IMG/VR virus record: IMGVR_UViG_3300042885_001472
Direction: 5' to 3' (one strand)
From: a virus
Lineage: Duplodnaviria; Caudoviricetes
DNA length: 64,000 nt
The position numbers and the translations under genes are program-made. The notes beneath the pieces are model-generated. The model saw only the letters and a list, made by a program, of their open reading frames with translations. It did not search any database and was not told the DNA's origin. Below are positions 1 to 10,594 of the stretch, in pieces. The first letter of the stretch is position 1, and every line of letters begins with the position of its first letter.

Positions 1-81
1 TATGTAAATGATGGTAAAGAACTTGTAGAACGAATTGAAAAAAAATTAGTTACCAGTGATGGTAGAAGATTGTTAATATAA
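1..81 (+). CDS. 3' end of a CDS that begins before the window
   Basis: Open frame YVNDGKELVERIEKKLVTSDGRRLLI ending in TAA at 79-81. Confidence 0.5.
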   Translation, partial: YVNDGKELVERIEKKLVTSDGRRLLI

Positions 82-102
82 TAAGAATTAATCATATACC
101 AA

Positions 103-789
103 ATGTCAAAAAATTTAAAATCAGATTTATCAGAAACTCTAAAGAGATATAACTTATTAACAGAATATAAATTCTATGTCCCTCGTATGGATGAAGAAAA
201 TTATGACCAAGATGATATATTCTTAGATGAACAAGATGTCCCTATGGATGATGTTCCAACTGAAGAAGTACCTACTGAAGATGTTCCAATGGAAGAACCA
301 ACAACCCCAGAGATGGGTGTGACACCAGAACCAACTATGGATACGACAACTCCCCCTATGGGTGGTGAAGTTGAAGTGGATGTAACAGATATCGTAAAAG
401 ATACTAAAGAAACTAAAGACGCGGTTAATAGTGGTAATCAAAAAGTTGATGAGTTATTAAATAAATTAAAAGATTTAGAAACTAAATTAGCGTCAATGGA
501 TAGTTTAACAGCTAAAATTGATAATTTAGAAAGTGAGTTTGAAAAAAGAAATCCTACACCAGAAGAAAAATTGGAAATGAGATCATTAGATTCTTTTCCA
601 TATAATCTTAAATTAACTGATTATTGGGCTGGTAAAGAAGGAGCTTACAATGTTTTAAATAATGATAATAACAATTTAACTTCAATGGGTAAACAACCCG
701 CTGAAAAAGAATATGTATTAACACGAGATGAAATAGAAAAAGATTACAGTGAAGGTGATGTTTCTGATTCATTTTATCCGGAAGATTAA
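103..789 (+). CDS. Hypothetical acidic protein with DVP(T/M)EE repeats and a coiled coil; possible head-associated protein
   Basis: 228-aa ORF; low-complexity DVPMDDVPTEEVPTEDVPMEE; heptads in VDELLNKLKDLETKLASMDSL; LSE/LTE motifs near the N-terminus. Confidence 0.6.
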   Translation: MSKNLKSDLSETLKRYNLLTEYKFYVPRMDEENYDQDDIFLDEQDVPMDDVPTEEVPTEDVPMEEPTTPEMGVTPEPTMDTTTPPMGGEVEVDVTDIVKDTKETKDAVNSGNQKVDELLNKLKDLETKLASMDSLTAKIDNLESEFEKRNPTPEEKLEMRSLDSFPYNLKLTDYWAGKEGAYNVLNNDNNNLTSMGKQPAEKEYVLTRDEIEKDYSEGDVSDSFYPED

Positions 790-810
790 TAATTTTTTAA
801 AAAAAAGACT

Positions 811-839
811 AAGGGGACTTTACAGTCTCCTTTTTTTTT
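811..839 (+). terminator. Intrinsic terminator
   Basis: AAGGGGACT-TTAC-AGTCTCCTT followed by a T run, just after ORF 103..789. Confidence 0.75.
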
Positions 840-841
840 AC

Positions 842-849
842 TATATTTG
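842..849 (+). promoter_or_regulatory. Bacteroidota sigmaA-type -7 element (TAnnTTTG)
   Basis: TATATTTG 38 nt upstream of the SSB start; same motif at 45229, 46577 and 50549. Confidence 0.5.
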
Positions 850-886
850 TTGAAATAGAATGTTTAATTAATTAAAATTAGTAAAA

Positions 887-1810
887 ATGTCAGAAAAAAC
901 AAGTTCATTACAATCGATTCTCGATCAGTATGAAAAAAACAAGTCATCACAAAGTGGTGGAGGATTTGAAAGAAAGGAAGTAGATCTTACCAAGTATTTC
1001 TCCGAAAAATTAAGAGAAGGTCAAAAATCAGATGAGAAACGAGTGAGAATCTTACCTACAAAAGATGGTTCACCTTTCACTGAAGCTCATTGGCACGAAC
1101 TTCAAATTAACAAACAGTATAGTAAAATTTATTGTACTAAGAAAAATGATGGCACTAGATGTCCATTATGTGAGGCTCATGAAGCTTTAAAAATGACTGG
1201 TAACGCGACAGACAAAGAACTCGCTAAACAGTTCGCACCAAGATTATTCTACATCACTAAAGTGATTGATAGAGATAAAGAATCTGAAGGTGTTAAATTT
1301 TGGAGATTCAAACATTATTATAATGGTGAGGGTGTATTTGATAAATTAATCCCAATCATTAAAAAAAGAGGTGACATCCAAGACGCTAGAACAGGTAGAG
1401 ATATCACTATGACTTTGGAGAGAGATTCAAAAGGTAGAAGTAAATTAACTTCAATTATGGATGAAGATCCTTCTTTATTAACAGATCCTAAATCTGAGTA
1501 CGCAAAAGTTTGGATGACGAATGAAGAAACATATAAAGATGTTTATCGTCCAAAAAGTATTGAGTATATGGAAATCATCGCAAAAGGTTTAGAACCAGTT
1601 TGGGATAAGGAACAAAAGAAATTTGTTTCTAAAGATGATTTAGATAGTAAACCAGGTGGGAGTTTAGAATCTGAAATTAAAATGATGACTTCTGGTACTA
1701 AAAGTACACCGGTAGTTAAAAAACCAAGTCCAGTTGTTGATGAGGTTAGTGAGGAAGAAGTAGATTTAGTTGAAACTGAAGCTACTGATGATGATGAATT
1801 ACCATTTTAA
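887..1810 (+). CDS. T4 gp32-like single-stranded DNA-binding protein
   Basis: Zn-type motif YCTKKNDGTRCPLCEAH, FWRFKH, acidic C-terminal tail ending DDDELPF; next to recombination genes. Confidence 0.85.
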   Translation: MSEKTSSLQSILDQYEKNKSSQSGGGFERKEVDLTKYFSEKLREGQKSDEKRVRILPTKDGSPFTEAHWHELQINKQYSKIYCTKKNDGTRCPLCEAHEALKMTGNATDKELAKQFAPRLFYITKVIDRDKESEGVKFWRFKHYYNGEGVFDKLIPIIKKRGDIQDARTGRDITMTLERDSKGRSKLTSIMDEDPSLLTDPKSEYAKVWMTNEETYKDVYRPKSIEYMEIIAKGLEPVWDKEQKKFVSKDDLDSKPGGSLESEIKMMTSGTKSTPVVKKPSPVVDEVSEEEVDLVETEATDDDELPF

Positions 1811-1836
1811 TTTTAAAAATATAAAAATATAAAAAT

Positions 1837-2952
1837 ATGTCAGTCGAAAAAAGACCTAAAAAATCCACTAGTGGAATAAAAAAACAAGAATTTAATCTAA
1901 CCGAATTTAAAAAAGGTGTCGGTTTAAATTCATCTGTTAAAGATAAAGAATTGAGTTGGATTCCATTTTCACCAGCTTTTCACGAAGCTACAGGTGTACC
2001 TGGAATTCCTAAAGGATACGTGTCATTGAGTAGAGGTTTCAGTAATACTGGTAAATCAACCTCTATTTATGAAGCGGTTGTTTCTTGTCAAAAAATAGGT
2101 ATCTTACCTATTATTATTGACACTGAGAATAACTGGAGTTGGGATCACGCTAAATGTATTGGTGTTGATTTTAATGAAGTCGCTGATGAGAATGGTGAAG
2201 TTGTTGATTATGAAGGTTTTTTTATGTTCATCAACAATAAAACATTATTTGATAAGTACGGTAAGTTTCACCACGATGAAGGTGTTTACAAACAAAAAGA
2301 ATTCCGTAGAAAAGCTTGTATTGAAGATATTTCTTTATTCATTGAAGACTTATTAGATTTACAACAAAAAGAAGAGTTACCATATGAATTATGTTTTTTA
2401 TGGGATTCTATTGGAACTATTGATTGTTTTAGATCTGTTGTCGCCAAAACTAAGAATAATATGTGGAACGCAGGGGCATTGGAAACCGCGTTTAAAGGTA
2501 TCTTAAATAATGATATACCTTCTTCACGAAAAGAAGATTCAAAATATACTAACACATTCTTAGCGGTTCAAAAGATTTGGATTGATAATATGAATGGTGG
2601 TGGTGTTAAACACAAAGGTGGTGAAGGATTCTTTTACGGAGCTCGTTTTATTTTACACTTTGGTGGTGTTATTGGTCACGGAACTGAAACATTAACCGCA
2701 AGTAAAGGTGATAAAAAATATGGATTTGGTGTTCAATCTAAAGTTAAAGTTTGGAAAAACCAAGTTAATGGCATCACGTTTGAAGGTAAAATATGTTCAG
2801 TACCACATGGTTTCTGGAGTCCGGACAAGTTAAACGAATATAAAGATAAATATAAACCTTACTTACTTGAAAAATTAGGTATGGAATATGGTGACTTTAA
2901 TATCGAAACTGAACTAGTTTCAGACGCATCAGGATTATACGCAGAAGATTAA
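1837..2952 (+). CDS. recA: RecA/UvsX-like recombinase
   Basis: Walker A GFSNTGKST, IIIDTEN, Walker B LCFLWDS, KGGEGFFY. Confidence 0.85.
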   Translation: MSVEKRPKKSTSGIKKQEFNLTEFKKGVGLNSSVKDKELSWIPFSPAFHEATGVPGIPKGYVSLSRGFSNTGKSTSIYEAVVSCQKIGILPIIIDTENNWSWDHAKCIGVDFNEVADENGEVVDYEGFFMFINNKTLFDKYGKFHHDEGVYKQKEFRRKACIEDISLFIEDLLDLQQKEELPYELCFLWDSIGTIDCFRSVVAKTKNNMWNAGALETAFKGILNNDIPSSRKEDSKYTNTFLAVQKIWIDNMNGGGVKHKGGEGFFYGARFILHFGGVIGHGTETLTASKGDKKYGFGVQSKVKVWKNQVNGITFEGKICSVPHGFWSPDKLNEYKDKYKPYLLEKLGMEYGDFNIETELVSDASGLYAED

Positions 2953-2978
2953 TTATTTAACCATTTAACACTTTAAAA

Positions 2979-4034
2979 GTGAAAAGACCACCGAGGTACA
3001 AAGACAAAATTGAAATTAAAGTACCTGAAACTATACTTGTAGATGGTAACGCACTATTAAATGTGGCGTATCATGGAGCTAAAAATCTATATAATAGTGA
3101 TGGTATTCACATTGGTGGGTTATTTCAATTCTTTACAATTCTTAGGAAAATAGTATTGGATCAAGAACCAAGTAAATTATTTGTATTTTGGGATGGTATG
3201 TGTAGTGGTAGATTGAGGTATGAAATCTATAAAGATTATAAGGCTAATAGGGAAAAGAATTTTGAATACCATTTAGATTCTGATGATCCAATTAGAGAGT
3301 CTCAAAAATTAAGAATTAAACAATACGCTGAGGAACTTTTTATTAGACAATACCAAGATGATATCGTTGAAGCTGATGATTGTATTGCTTATTATTGTAA
3401 TACAATGTCACCATACGAAAAGATTACGATCTGTACTGGAGATAAGGATCTTTGTCAACTAATAGATGACAATGTTAGAATTTATTTTTTATCAAAGAAA
3501 AAATTTATAACAAAAGAAAATTATCTCTCAGTATTTGATCATCATCAAGAAAATGCTACTTTAGTTAAAGTTATTACTGGAGATTCTTCTGATAATATTA
3601 AAGGTGTTAAAGGAGTACAAGAAAAAACTTTAATAAAATTAATTCCGGGTATTATACAAAAAAAAGTGACTATTGACGAAATTTTTACTATACTTAAGGA
3701 AGAACAAAGTAAAAGGAAAAAACCGCTTAAAGTTATTGATAATATTCTAAATGGGATAACCGATGGTATCCAGGGAGACAAATTATATGAAATAAACCAA
3801 AAAATAATAAATTTAAAAGAACCATTACTAACAGAAAAAGTGATTAACGAAATTAATGATTTAATAGATTCACCAATTGATCCTGAAGGTAGAGATAATA
3901 AAAATTTATTTAGAATGATGAGTGAAGATAAATTTTTAAAAGAAATACCTGGGAAAGAAAATGGATATATTGAATATTTTAAACCGTTTTTAAAATTAAT
4001 AAAAAAAGAAAAAGAATTATTTAACAACAATTAA
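2979..4034 (+). CDS. 5'-3' exonuclease/flap endonuclease (Pol I N-terminal, T4 RNase H family)
   Basis: ILVDGN, VFWDG, EADD, GDKDL, H3TH motif ITGDSSDNIKGVKGV; GTG start. Confidence 0.9.
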   Translation: MKRPPRYKDKIEIKVPETILVDGNALLNVAYHGAKNLYNSDGIHIGGLFQFFTILRKIVLDQEPSKLFVFWDGMCSGRLRYEIYKDYKANREKNFEYHLDSDDPIRESQKLRIKQYAEELFIRQYQDDIVEADDCIAYYCNTMSPYEKITICTGDKDLCQLIDDNVRIYFLSKKKFITKENYLSVFDHHQENATLVKVITGDSSDNIKGVKGVQEKTLIKLIPGIIQKKVTIDEIFTILKEEQSKRKKPLKVIDNILNGITDGIQGDKLYEINQKIINLKEPLLTEKVINEINDLIDSPIDPEGRDNKNLFRMMSEDKFLKEIPGKENGYIEYFKPFLKLIKKEKELFNNN

Positions 4035-4035
4035 T

Positions 4036-4494
4036 ATGAAAAAAGAAATCGAAAAACTACCTTACGAATTTATTCTGTACATTAACAATAATATTGTATG
4101 TCAAAGATACTTCAATGTTAAAGGATTTAACCATAAATCAATAAATTCATATGAAATTAGAGAAGTCATTGAAGACTCTTGTGATATCATCAAAAGAGAT
4201 TTGAAAAAGAAAACTTTAGAATATCTTTGGAAGTTTTTCAACTCTTATGTTGAACAAAAAACTGAAGAAATTGATAGAAGAAATGTCTATGAAAATGAAG
4301 ATTTCTTTGATTTAGAGATAAAATTTGATGATAATGGCGACCGAAAAACAATTGCTATGCAACGATTCACTGGGAATGTTTATCCACCAAAAGTACGTTA
4401 CTCTGTGGATATCAGAGAGTTAATACCAAGTATTATTTCAAATATTCAAGAAGGTTTGAGTAGAAAAAATTACAATGTAATAGAAACCATATAG
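4036..4494 (+). CDS. Hypothetical protein
   Basis: 152-aa ORF tightly packed in the replication operon. Confidence 0.7.
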   Translation: MKKEIEKLPYEFILYINNNIVCQRYFNVKGFNHKSINSYEIREVIEDSCDIIKRDLKKKTLEYLWKFFNSYVEQKTEEIDRRNVYENEDFFDLEIKFDDNGDRKTIAMQRFTGNVYPPKVRYSVDIRELIPSIISNIQEGLSRKNYNVIETI

Positions 4495-4530
4495 TAAAAA
4501 CAAGATATTTATAATAAAATAAGTTTTAAA

Positions 4531-5931
4531 ATGACAAATAAAAGTACAGACAGTTTAGGTTATTTAGGTCACACATTTCAATTAAAATTATTAAATCAGA
4601 TATTATTAGATGATAAGTTTTCATCAACGATAATCGATGTTTTAGATCCAACTTATTTTGATAATGAATACCTTAGATTAATTTCTAGTAAAATTAAAGA
4701 TTACCACGAAAAGTATGAAACAATACCAGAGGTTAACACTTTAGAACAAATGTTAATCGTTGAGATTAAAAGAGAAGTTACCAGACAACATACTTTAGAC
4801 TTATTAAATGAGGTTAAAGATATATCTCAAAAAGATAGTATTTATACCCAAGAAACTGGGTTGATGTTTTGTAAACAACAGGAGTTAAAAAAAGCTACTA
4901 AGAAAATTCAAAAAATTCTTGATATGGGTGATTTTGATCGATACCAAGAATGTGAAGAAATACTTAAACAAGCTTTAACTGTTGGTAATTTAAAAGATAA
5001 TGGGGTTGATATTTTTAGTGGTATTGATGATGTATTATCTGATGACTTCAGAAATCCAATCCCAACCGGTATTCATGGGTTAGACAATCTAATGGATGGT
5101 GGTTTATCTAAAGGTGAGTTAGGTGTTATATTAGCCCCATTTGGTGTTGGTAAAACAACTATGGTAACTAAGTTAGCTAATACAGCGTATAACTTAGGAT
5201 TTAATGTAGTCCAAATATTCTTTGAGGATAATCCTAAAGTAATACAGAGAAAACATTTTACGTGTTGGACTGGTGTTGAGTTAAATAAATTAAATGAAGA
5301 AAGAGAACGAGTTAAGTTTGAGGTTGAGAGTATTAAAGAAAATTCAACCGGAAACCTAATTTTAAAGAAATTCCCAAGTGATGGTACGACAATACCACAC
5401 ATCAAACAATACCTTAGAAAATTAACATCTGATGGGATTAGACCAGATATCGTATTACTTGATTATATTGATTGTGTACAACCATCTAAACGAGTTGATG
5501 ATGTAAACGTTGGTGAAGGTAATGTGATGAGAGAATTTGAATCTATGATTGATGAGTTAAGTCTTGTTGGTTGGACTGCGATACAAGGTAATAGAGGTTC
5601 AATTGGTGCTCAAGTAGTTGAAGCTAATATGATTGGTGGTTCTATTAAGAAAGGTCAGATTGGTCACTTTATAGTTTCTATAGCTAAAACATTAGATCAA
5701 AAAGAAGAGGGTAGAGCTACTATGGCGATTCTTAAATCTAGATTTGGTAAAGATGGTGTTATATTTGAAGATATTGTTTTTGATAATGGAACAATTTGTA
5801 TTGATACTACATCTTCAAGTGATGTTTCTTTCTTAAGTTTTGAGAAGGGGTTAGATAAAAAGAAATCAAATAGAATACAAGATGCTCTTAAACTAAGAGA
5901 AGAGTTTTTAAATAAAAATAAAAGTAATTAA
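4531..5931 (+). CDS. dnaB: Replicative DNA helicase (DnaB/T4 gp41 family)
   Basis: Walker [10 protein letters not shown], Walker [24 protein letters not shown]. Confidence 0.9.
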   Translation: MTNKSTDSLGYLGHTFQLKLLNQILLDDKFSSTIIDVLDPTYFDNEYLRLISSKIKDYHEKYETIPEVNTLEQMLIVEIKREVTRQHTLDLLNEVKDISQKDSIYTQETGLMFCKQQELKKATKKIQKILDMGDFDRYQECEEILKQALTVGNLKDNGVDIFSGIDDVLSDDFRNPIPTGIHGLDNLMDGGLSKGELGVILAPFGVGKTTMVTKLANTAYNLGFNVVQIFFEDNPKVIQRKHFTCWTGVELNKLNEERERVKFEVESIKENSTGNLILKKFPSDGTTIPHIKQYLRKLTSDGIRPDIVLLDYIDCVQPSKRVDDVNVGEGNVMREFESMIDELSLVGWTAIQGNRGSIGAQVVEANMIGGSIKKGQIGHFIVSIAKTLDQKEEGRATMAILKSRFGKDGVIFEDIVFDNGTICIDTTSSSDVSFLSFEKGLDKKKSNRIQDALKLREEFLNKNKSN

Positions 5932-5932
5932 T

Positions 5933-6883
5933 ATGGAACCAATACTAGTAACAAATCCTGATAGGTTTGTATTATTCCCAATTGAACATCAAGATTTGTG
6001 GGAATACTACAATATTGAAAAAGCTGCGATGTGGACAGCTGAAGAATTAGATTTATCAAAAGATATTGATCATTGGGAAAACAAATTAACTGATAATGAA
6101 AGATTTTTCATTAAAAATGTATTGGCTTTTTTCGCCGCGTCTGATGGTATTGTAAATGAAAATTTAGCTATCAATTTTTTAAATGAAGTACAATATACTG
6201 AAGCTAAGTTTTTTTATGGGTTTCAAATTATGATGGAGAATATACATAGTCATGTGTATTCTTTATTGATTGACACTTATATAAAGGATATTAAAGAAAG
6301 ACATAAATGTTTTAAGGCTATTGAGTACATGCCACCGGTTAAGAAGAAGGCTGATTGGGCTTTGAAATGGATTGAATCAGAATCATTTGTTGAAAGACTA
6401 TTAGCTTTTGTGGCGGTAGAAGGTATATTTTTTAGTGGTTCTTTTTGTAGTATATTCTATTTAAAGTCTAGAGGATTAATGCCGGGGTTATGTGATAGTA
6501 ACGCTTTCATATCAAGAGATGAAGCCTTACATTGTGATTTCGCGATACATTTATTAAACAATCATATTGTTAATAAACCATCTAAAGAAAAAATAAAGGA
6601 GATATTATTATCTGCGTTAGATATTGAAAAAGAATTTATATTAGAATCATTACCAGTATCACTTATTGGTATGAACGCTGATTTAATGAAACAATATTTG
6701 GAGTTTGTTGTTGATGGTTTACTATCAACACTCAATTGTGAAAAAGTATTTAACACAAAAAATCCATTTGAATTTATGAATCAAATTGCGTTAAAAACAA
6801 AACAAAACTTTTTTGAGGGGAGATCTACAGAATATAAAGCCGCTGATTTATCAGGACCAATATCATTTGACGAAGAAATTTAA
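5933..6883 (+). CDS. nrdB: Class Ia ribonucleotide reductase small subunit
   Basis: [63 protein letters not shown]. Confidence 0.95.
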   Translation: MEPILVTNPDRFVLFPIEHQDLWEYYNIEKAAMWTAEELDLSKDIDHWENKLTDNERFFIKNVLAFFAASDGIVNENLAINFLNEVQYTEAKFFYGFQIMMENIHSHVYSLLIDTYIKDIKERHKCFKAIEYMPPVKKKADWALKWIESESFVERLLAFVAVEGIFFSGSFCSIFYLKSRGLMPGLCDSNAFISRDEALHCDFAIHLLNNHIVNKPSKEKIKEILLSALDIEKEFILESLPVSLIGMNADLMKQYLEFVVDGLLSTLNCEKVFNTKNPFEFMNQIALKTKQNFFEGRSTEYKAADLSGPISFDEEI

Positions 6884-6903
6884 ATTTTAAAAAAAATAAT
6901 TAT

Positions 6904-8469
6904 ATGCGAGTAATAAAAAGAAATGGGTCTAAGATTGATTTCAACCCAAATAAAATTTTAACTAGAATAAAAAAACAAGCGGAAGGGTTAAAAATAAATG
7001 CTGATGAAGTATTTCTTAAAGTTACTCAAGGTATTGCTGATAATATGACAACCGATGAAGTTGATGATTTAATTTCAGTTGTGTCAGAATCATTAGCTAT
7101 GAATCATCCAGACTATTCTAAGTTGGCCGCTAACATATCAATTAGTAAATTACATAAAGAAACTGAAGATTCTTTTATGAAGGCTACTAAAAGATTATAT
7201 AACGCTGGTTTATTAAATGATTTCTATTATAATAAAGTAAAAGAAAATATTGATCTGATTGAATCAGTAATTGATTATAAAAGAGATTATAGATTTGATT
7301 ATTTTGGATGGTGTTCACTTAAAGATATCTACTTATTAAAAATTGGTGATGAAATAACAGAAAGACCACAACACCTATACATTAGAGTAGCTTTAATGGT
7401 GACTAATAACCCTACTGATTTTAAAGAAAAGTATGAAGATTTAAGTTTACAAAGGGAATCTCCAGCTACGCCTATAAAAATTAATATTGGTACTAATATA
7501 GGACAAATTGCGTCATGTAATTTATCTATAGTTCCGGATGACTCAACTGAGGGGTTATTAAGTATGTTAAATAGAATATCAGTATCATCATCTAAAGCTG
7601 AAGGTATTGGTTTAGCTATATCTAACATTCGTTCAAAGGAAAGTAATGTTGGACAATCAAATGGTAAAGCTGGTGGTATTTTAAAATATTTAAAAGTTGT
7701 AAATGAAGCTTTAAGATTTTGGAATCAAAGAGGTAAACGACCTGGATCTTGCGCTGTTTATATTGAACCTTGGCATAAAGATGTATTTGATATTTTGGAT
7801 ATTAGAAAGAAAACTGGTGATGAAACACTTAGAGCACGAGATTTATTTTCAGCGTTATGGATACCGGATAACTTTATGAGAGCTGTTGAATCAAATGGGG
7901 ATTGGTATTTGTTTTGTCCTAATGACATTAAACAAGCTGGTTTAAAACCATTTTATGATATCTATGGTGAAGAATATGAGTTAGAATATAATAAGGCTGT
8001 TGAGATGGGTTTAGGTACTAAAATCAAAGCTCACGATTTGTGGTTAAGAATTATTGAATCACAAATTGAAAGTGGTATGCCTTATATGTGTTTTAAAGAT
8101 CATGCGAATAATAAATCAAATCAAAAGAATTTTGGTGTTATACATTCAAGTAACCTATGTTGTTTACATAGTGACACATTAATTACGATTATGTATGGTA
8201 ATGGTGAGATTAGAGAAGTAACTATGAAAAATGTTGTTGAAGAAATTAAAAAGGATAAAAATATAAAAGTTTTAAGTCAAGATAATATTTTTAGACCAAT
8301 GTTGGCTGCTGCGAAAATGAAATCAAACGCTGAAATTATAGAAGTTAGTGATGATGAGTTAGGGGTAAAAATAGTTTGTACACCAGATCACCAAATATTA
8401 ACAAAAAACAGAGGGTATGTTATGGCCGGTGAATTAAATGAAAATGATGAATTAATTATTAATAAATAA
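6904..8469 (+). CDS. nrdA: Ribonucleotide reductase large subunit, fragment 1 (ATP cone to catalytic Cys) fused to split-intein N-half
   Basis: MRVIKRNG ATP cone, QRGKRPGS, IEPWHKD, IESQIESGMPY, HSSNLC then intein block A CLHSDTLIT. Confidence 0.93.
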   Translation: MRVIKRNGSKIDFNPNKILTRIKKQAEGLKINADEVFLKVTQGIADNMTTDEVDDLISVVSESLAMNHPDYSKLAANISISKLHKETEDSFMKATKRLYNAGLLNDFYYNKVKENIDLIESVIDYKRDYRFDYFGWCSLKDIYLLKIGDEITERPQHLYIRVALMVTNNPTDFKEKYEDLSLQRESPATPIKINIGTNIGQIASCNLSIVPDDSTEGLLSMLNRISVSSSKAEGIGLAISNIRSKESNVGQSNGKAGGILKYLKVVNEALRFWNQRGKRPGSCAVYIEPWHKDVFDILDIRKKTGDETLRARDLFSALWIPDNFMRAVESNGDWYLFCPNDIKQAGLKPFYDIYGEEYELEYNKAVEMGLGTKIKAHDLWLRIIESQIESGMPYMCFKDHANNKSNQKNFGVIHSSNLCCLHSDTLITIMYGNGEIREVTMKNVVEEIKKDKNIKVLSQDNIFRPMLAAAKMKSNAEIIEVSDDELGVKIVCTPDHQILTKNRGYVMAGELNENDELIINK

Positions 8470-8569
8470 GATGATAAAAATAAAAAAATTAGAAGAAAAA
8501 ATTGATGTATATGATATACAAGTAGAAGAAACTAGTAATTTCTTTGCTAATAATATATTAGTACATAAT
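8161..8569 (+). mobile_element. Split intein 1 in NrdA: IntN 8161-8466 (102 aa), IntC 8471-8569 (33 aa)
   Basis: Block A CLHSDT, block B CTPDH, stop, TAAGATG junction, then MIKIKK...VYDIQV...VHN/S. Confidence 0.9.
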
Positions 8570-9457
8570 TCCGAAATTATGGAGGTAACTGATAAAGAAA
8601 CCACCGCCATCTGTACGCTAACGTCAATACCGGTTCAAAAATTTGTCATAGATAATGAGTATGATTTTAATGAATTAGGTCGTGTTACACGATCAATAAC
8701 AAAATCACTTAATATTGCGATAGATGTTAATGAATATTCAACTAAAGAAGGTAGAAAAGGTGGTTTAGAACAAAGAGCTTTAGGTATTGGTATCCAAGGA
8801 TTAGCTGACACTTTCGCTATGTTACGATTACCATTTGTATCTGAAGAAGCTAGATCATTAAATAAAAAAATATTTGAAACAATTTATTATAACGCTTTAA
8901 GACAATCTTGTGATTTAGCGAAAGAAACTGGATTAACTTATGATTTTTATGAAGGATCTCCAATTTCAAAAGGTATTTTCCAATGGGAAATGTGGGGTGT
9001 TGATGAATCTGAATTGAGTGGTATGTTTGATTGGAAACAATTAAGAAAAGATATTAAAAAATATGGTGTTAGAAACTCACTTGTCACGACCTGTCCGCCA
9101 ACCGCAAGTTGTCAAGTTATTGATACTAGAATACATACTGAAAATGGTGTTAAATCATTTAAAGATTTACTAGTTGAAAATGGTGTTGATTATGTTAAAT
9201 TAGAAGAATCTAATGAACAACAATGGGTTGAATTTAAAACACCTATAAAAGTAAAAACTTATAATGGGTATGAAGATGTAAGTCAAATAAAATATAATGG
9301 TCATTCTGAAGTTTATAAAATTGAAATGGAAGATGGTTCTATATTTGAAGCAACACCTAACCATAAATTTAGGATTAAAAGAGGTGATACTGAAATTTGG
9401 GTTAAAGTTGAGGATTTATTAACTACGGACGATATTATAAATATTTTTGAAAAATAA
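8471..9457 (+). CDS. nrdA: Ribonucleotide reductase large subunit, fragment 2 (IntC1 - extein - IntN2)
   Basis: After VHN: SEIMEV, CTLTSI, RALGIGIQGLAD, GVRNSLVTTCPPTAS, then a second intein block A CQVIDTRI. Confidence 0.92.
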   Translation: MIKIKKLEEKIDVYDIQVEETSNFFANNILVHNSEIMEVTDKETTAICTLTSIPVQKFVIDNEYDFNELGRVTRSITKSLNIAIDVNEYSTKEGRKGGLEQRALGIGIQGLADTFAMLRLPFVSEEARSLNKKIFETIYYNALRQSCDLAKETGLTYDFYEGSPISKGIFQWEMWGVDESELSGMFDWKQLRKDIKKYGVRNSLVTTCPPTASCQVIDTRIHTENGVKSFKDLLVENGVDYVKLEESNEQQWVEFKTPIKVKTYNGYEDVSQIKYNGHSEVYKIEMEDGSIFEATPNHKFRIKRGDTEIWVKVEDLLTTDDIINIFEK

Positions 9458-9593
9458 AATAAGTAATCTAATAAAAACAAAAAATAAAATGAAAATAAAA
9501 AGTATAATTAAAAACGGAGTTAAACCAACTTGGGATATTGAAGTACCAAATGTTCATCATTATATAATGGAAAATGGTTGTGTTAGTCATAAT
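9110..9593 (+). mobile_element. Split intein 2 in NrdA: IntN 9110-9454 (115 aa), IntC 9489-9593 (35 aa)
   Basis: CQVIDTRI...EATPNH...stop; MKIKSI...TWDIEV...SHN/S. Confidence 0.88.
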
Positions 9594-10106
9594 TCGGCCC
9601 GTGTCATAGGTTCTAATGAAGCTTTTGAACCGTTTACTTCTAATTTATATGTTCGTAAGGTAACTGGTGGTGAATTCGCTATGGTTAATAAACATTTGGT
9701 TAAAGATTTAGAATTAGAAGGGTTATGGAATAGGGACATTCTTAATGAATTGATAAAAAATGATGGTAGCGTTCAATCAATCCCAGTTATTAGTCAAGAA
9801 ATGAAGGAAAGATATAAAACTGTTTGGGAGATATCACAAAAATCTCTTATTGAAATGTCGGCCGAAAGAGCTCCATTCATTGATCAATCTCAAAGTCTTA
9901 ACATATTTTTCGCCACACCAACGGTTGGTAAATTAACTACCTCACACACATTAGCTTGGAAGTTAGGTTTAAAAACTGGTCAATACTACCTAAGAAGTCA
10001 ACCGGTAGAAATGAAAGGTAAACATTTAGCTATTGATATGGGTAAACAAATTAAACCTGAGAAACCTACTGATAGTCAATTTGAATGTTATGGTTGTAGT
10101 GCGTAA
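9489..10106 (+). CDS. nrdA: Ribonucleotide reductase large subunit, fragment 3 (IntC2 - C-terminal extein)
   Basis: SHN/SARVIGSNEAFEP, FIDQSQSLN, WKLGLKTGQYYLR, C-terminal CYGC; ATG 9489 preferred over TTG 9447. Confidence 0.92.
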   Translation: MKIKSIIKNGVKPTWDIEVPNVHHYIMENGCVSHNSARVIGSNEAFEPFTSNLYVRKVTGGEFAMVNKHLVKDLELEGLWNRDILNELIKNDGSVQSIPVISQEMKERYKTVWEISQKSLIEMSAERAPFIDQSQSLNIFFATPTVGKLTTSHTLAWKLGLKTGQYYLRSQPVEMKGKHLAIDMGKQIKPEKPTDSQFECYGCSA

Positions 10107-10137
10107 CTAAAATAGTTAAATTTTATATAAAATAGTT

Positions 10138-10165
10138 AAACTAGGGAAAATATCTCTAGTTTTTC
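10138..10165 (+). terminator. Intrinsic terminator after nrdA
   Basis: AAACTAGGGA-AAATA-TCTCTAGTTT plus T run. Confidence 0.65.
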
Positions 10166-10212
10166 TTTTTTTAAAAATATACAAATATTTTTTATTGTAT
10201 ATATTTATAGTA

Positions 10213-10593
10213 ATGGCTAAACAGTTTATTAACATAAGATACCCCTTTATAAATAGTCCGGAAGGATTTTTCTTAGATTTAACGACAACAACTATTGATG
10301 CGGTTAAATCTGATTTACAACATCTTTTATTAACTGAAAAGGGTGAGAGATTTTATTTACCAGATTTTGGAACAAATTTAAAAAGATTTTTATTTGATCC
10401 AAGTGACGAAAAAACATTGGCAGATATTGAAGATGACCTTAAAGTAACGGTTACTAAATATTTACCAGGATTAACTATAACCGGAGTAAAATTATACTCT
10501 GAAGATGATCAAAAAGGTGTCGCTGTTAGAGTTCATTTTACCATTGGTGATGGTATTTTCTCTAGTAGTGATTTCATAGAAATTAACGTATAA
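10213..10593 (+). CDS. Baseplate wedge subunit, gp25/GPW family
   Basis: LLLTEKGERFYLPDFGTNLKRFLFDP motif; ATG 10213 follows the ATATTTAT motif. Confidence 0.88.
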   Translation: MAKQFINIRYPFINSPEGFFLDLTTTTIDAVKSDLQHLLLTEKGERFYLPDFGTNLKRFLFDPSDEKTLADIEDDLKVTVTKYLPGLTITGVKLYSEDDQKGVAVRVHFTIGDGIFSSSDFIEINV

Positions 10594-10594
10594 T

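Noticed and set aside
8467-9457. Stop-codon reassignment explaining the nrdA breaks
   Set aside because: Both stops are TAA and the downstream parts are in a different frame. The other long genes read normally in the standard code.
9447-9488. TTG start at 9447 for nrdA fragment 3
   Set aside because: It adds a low-complexity 14-aa extension. ATG 9489 gives a typical MKIKS IntC start.
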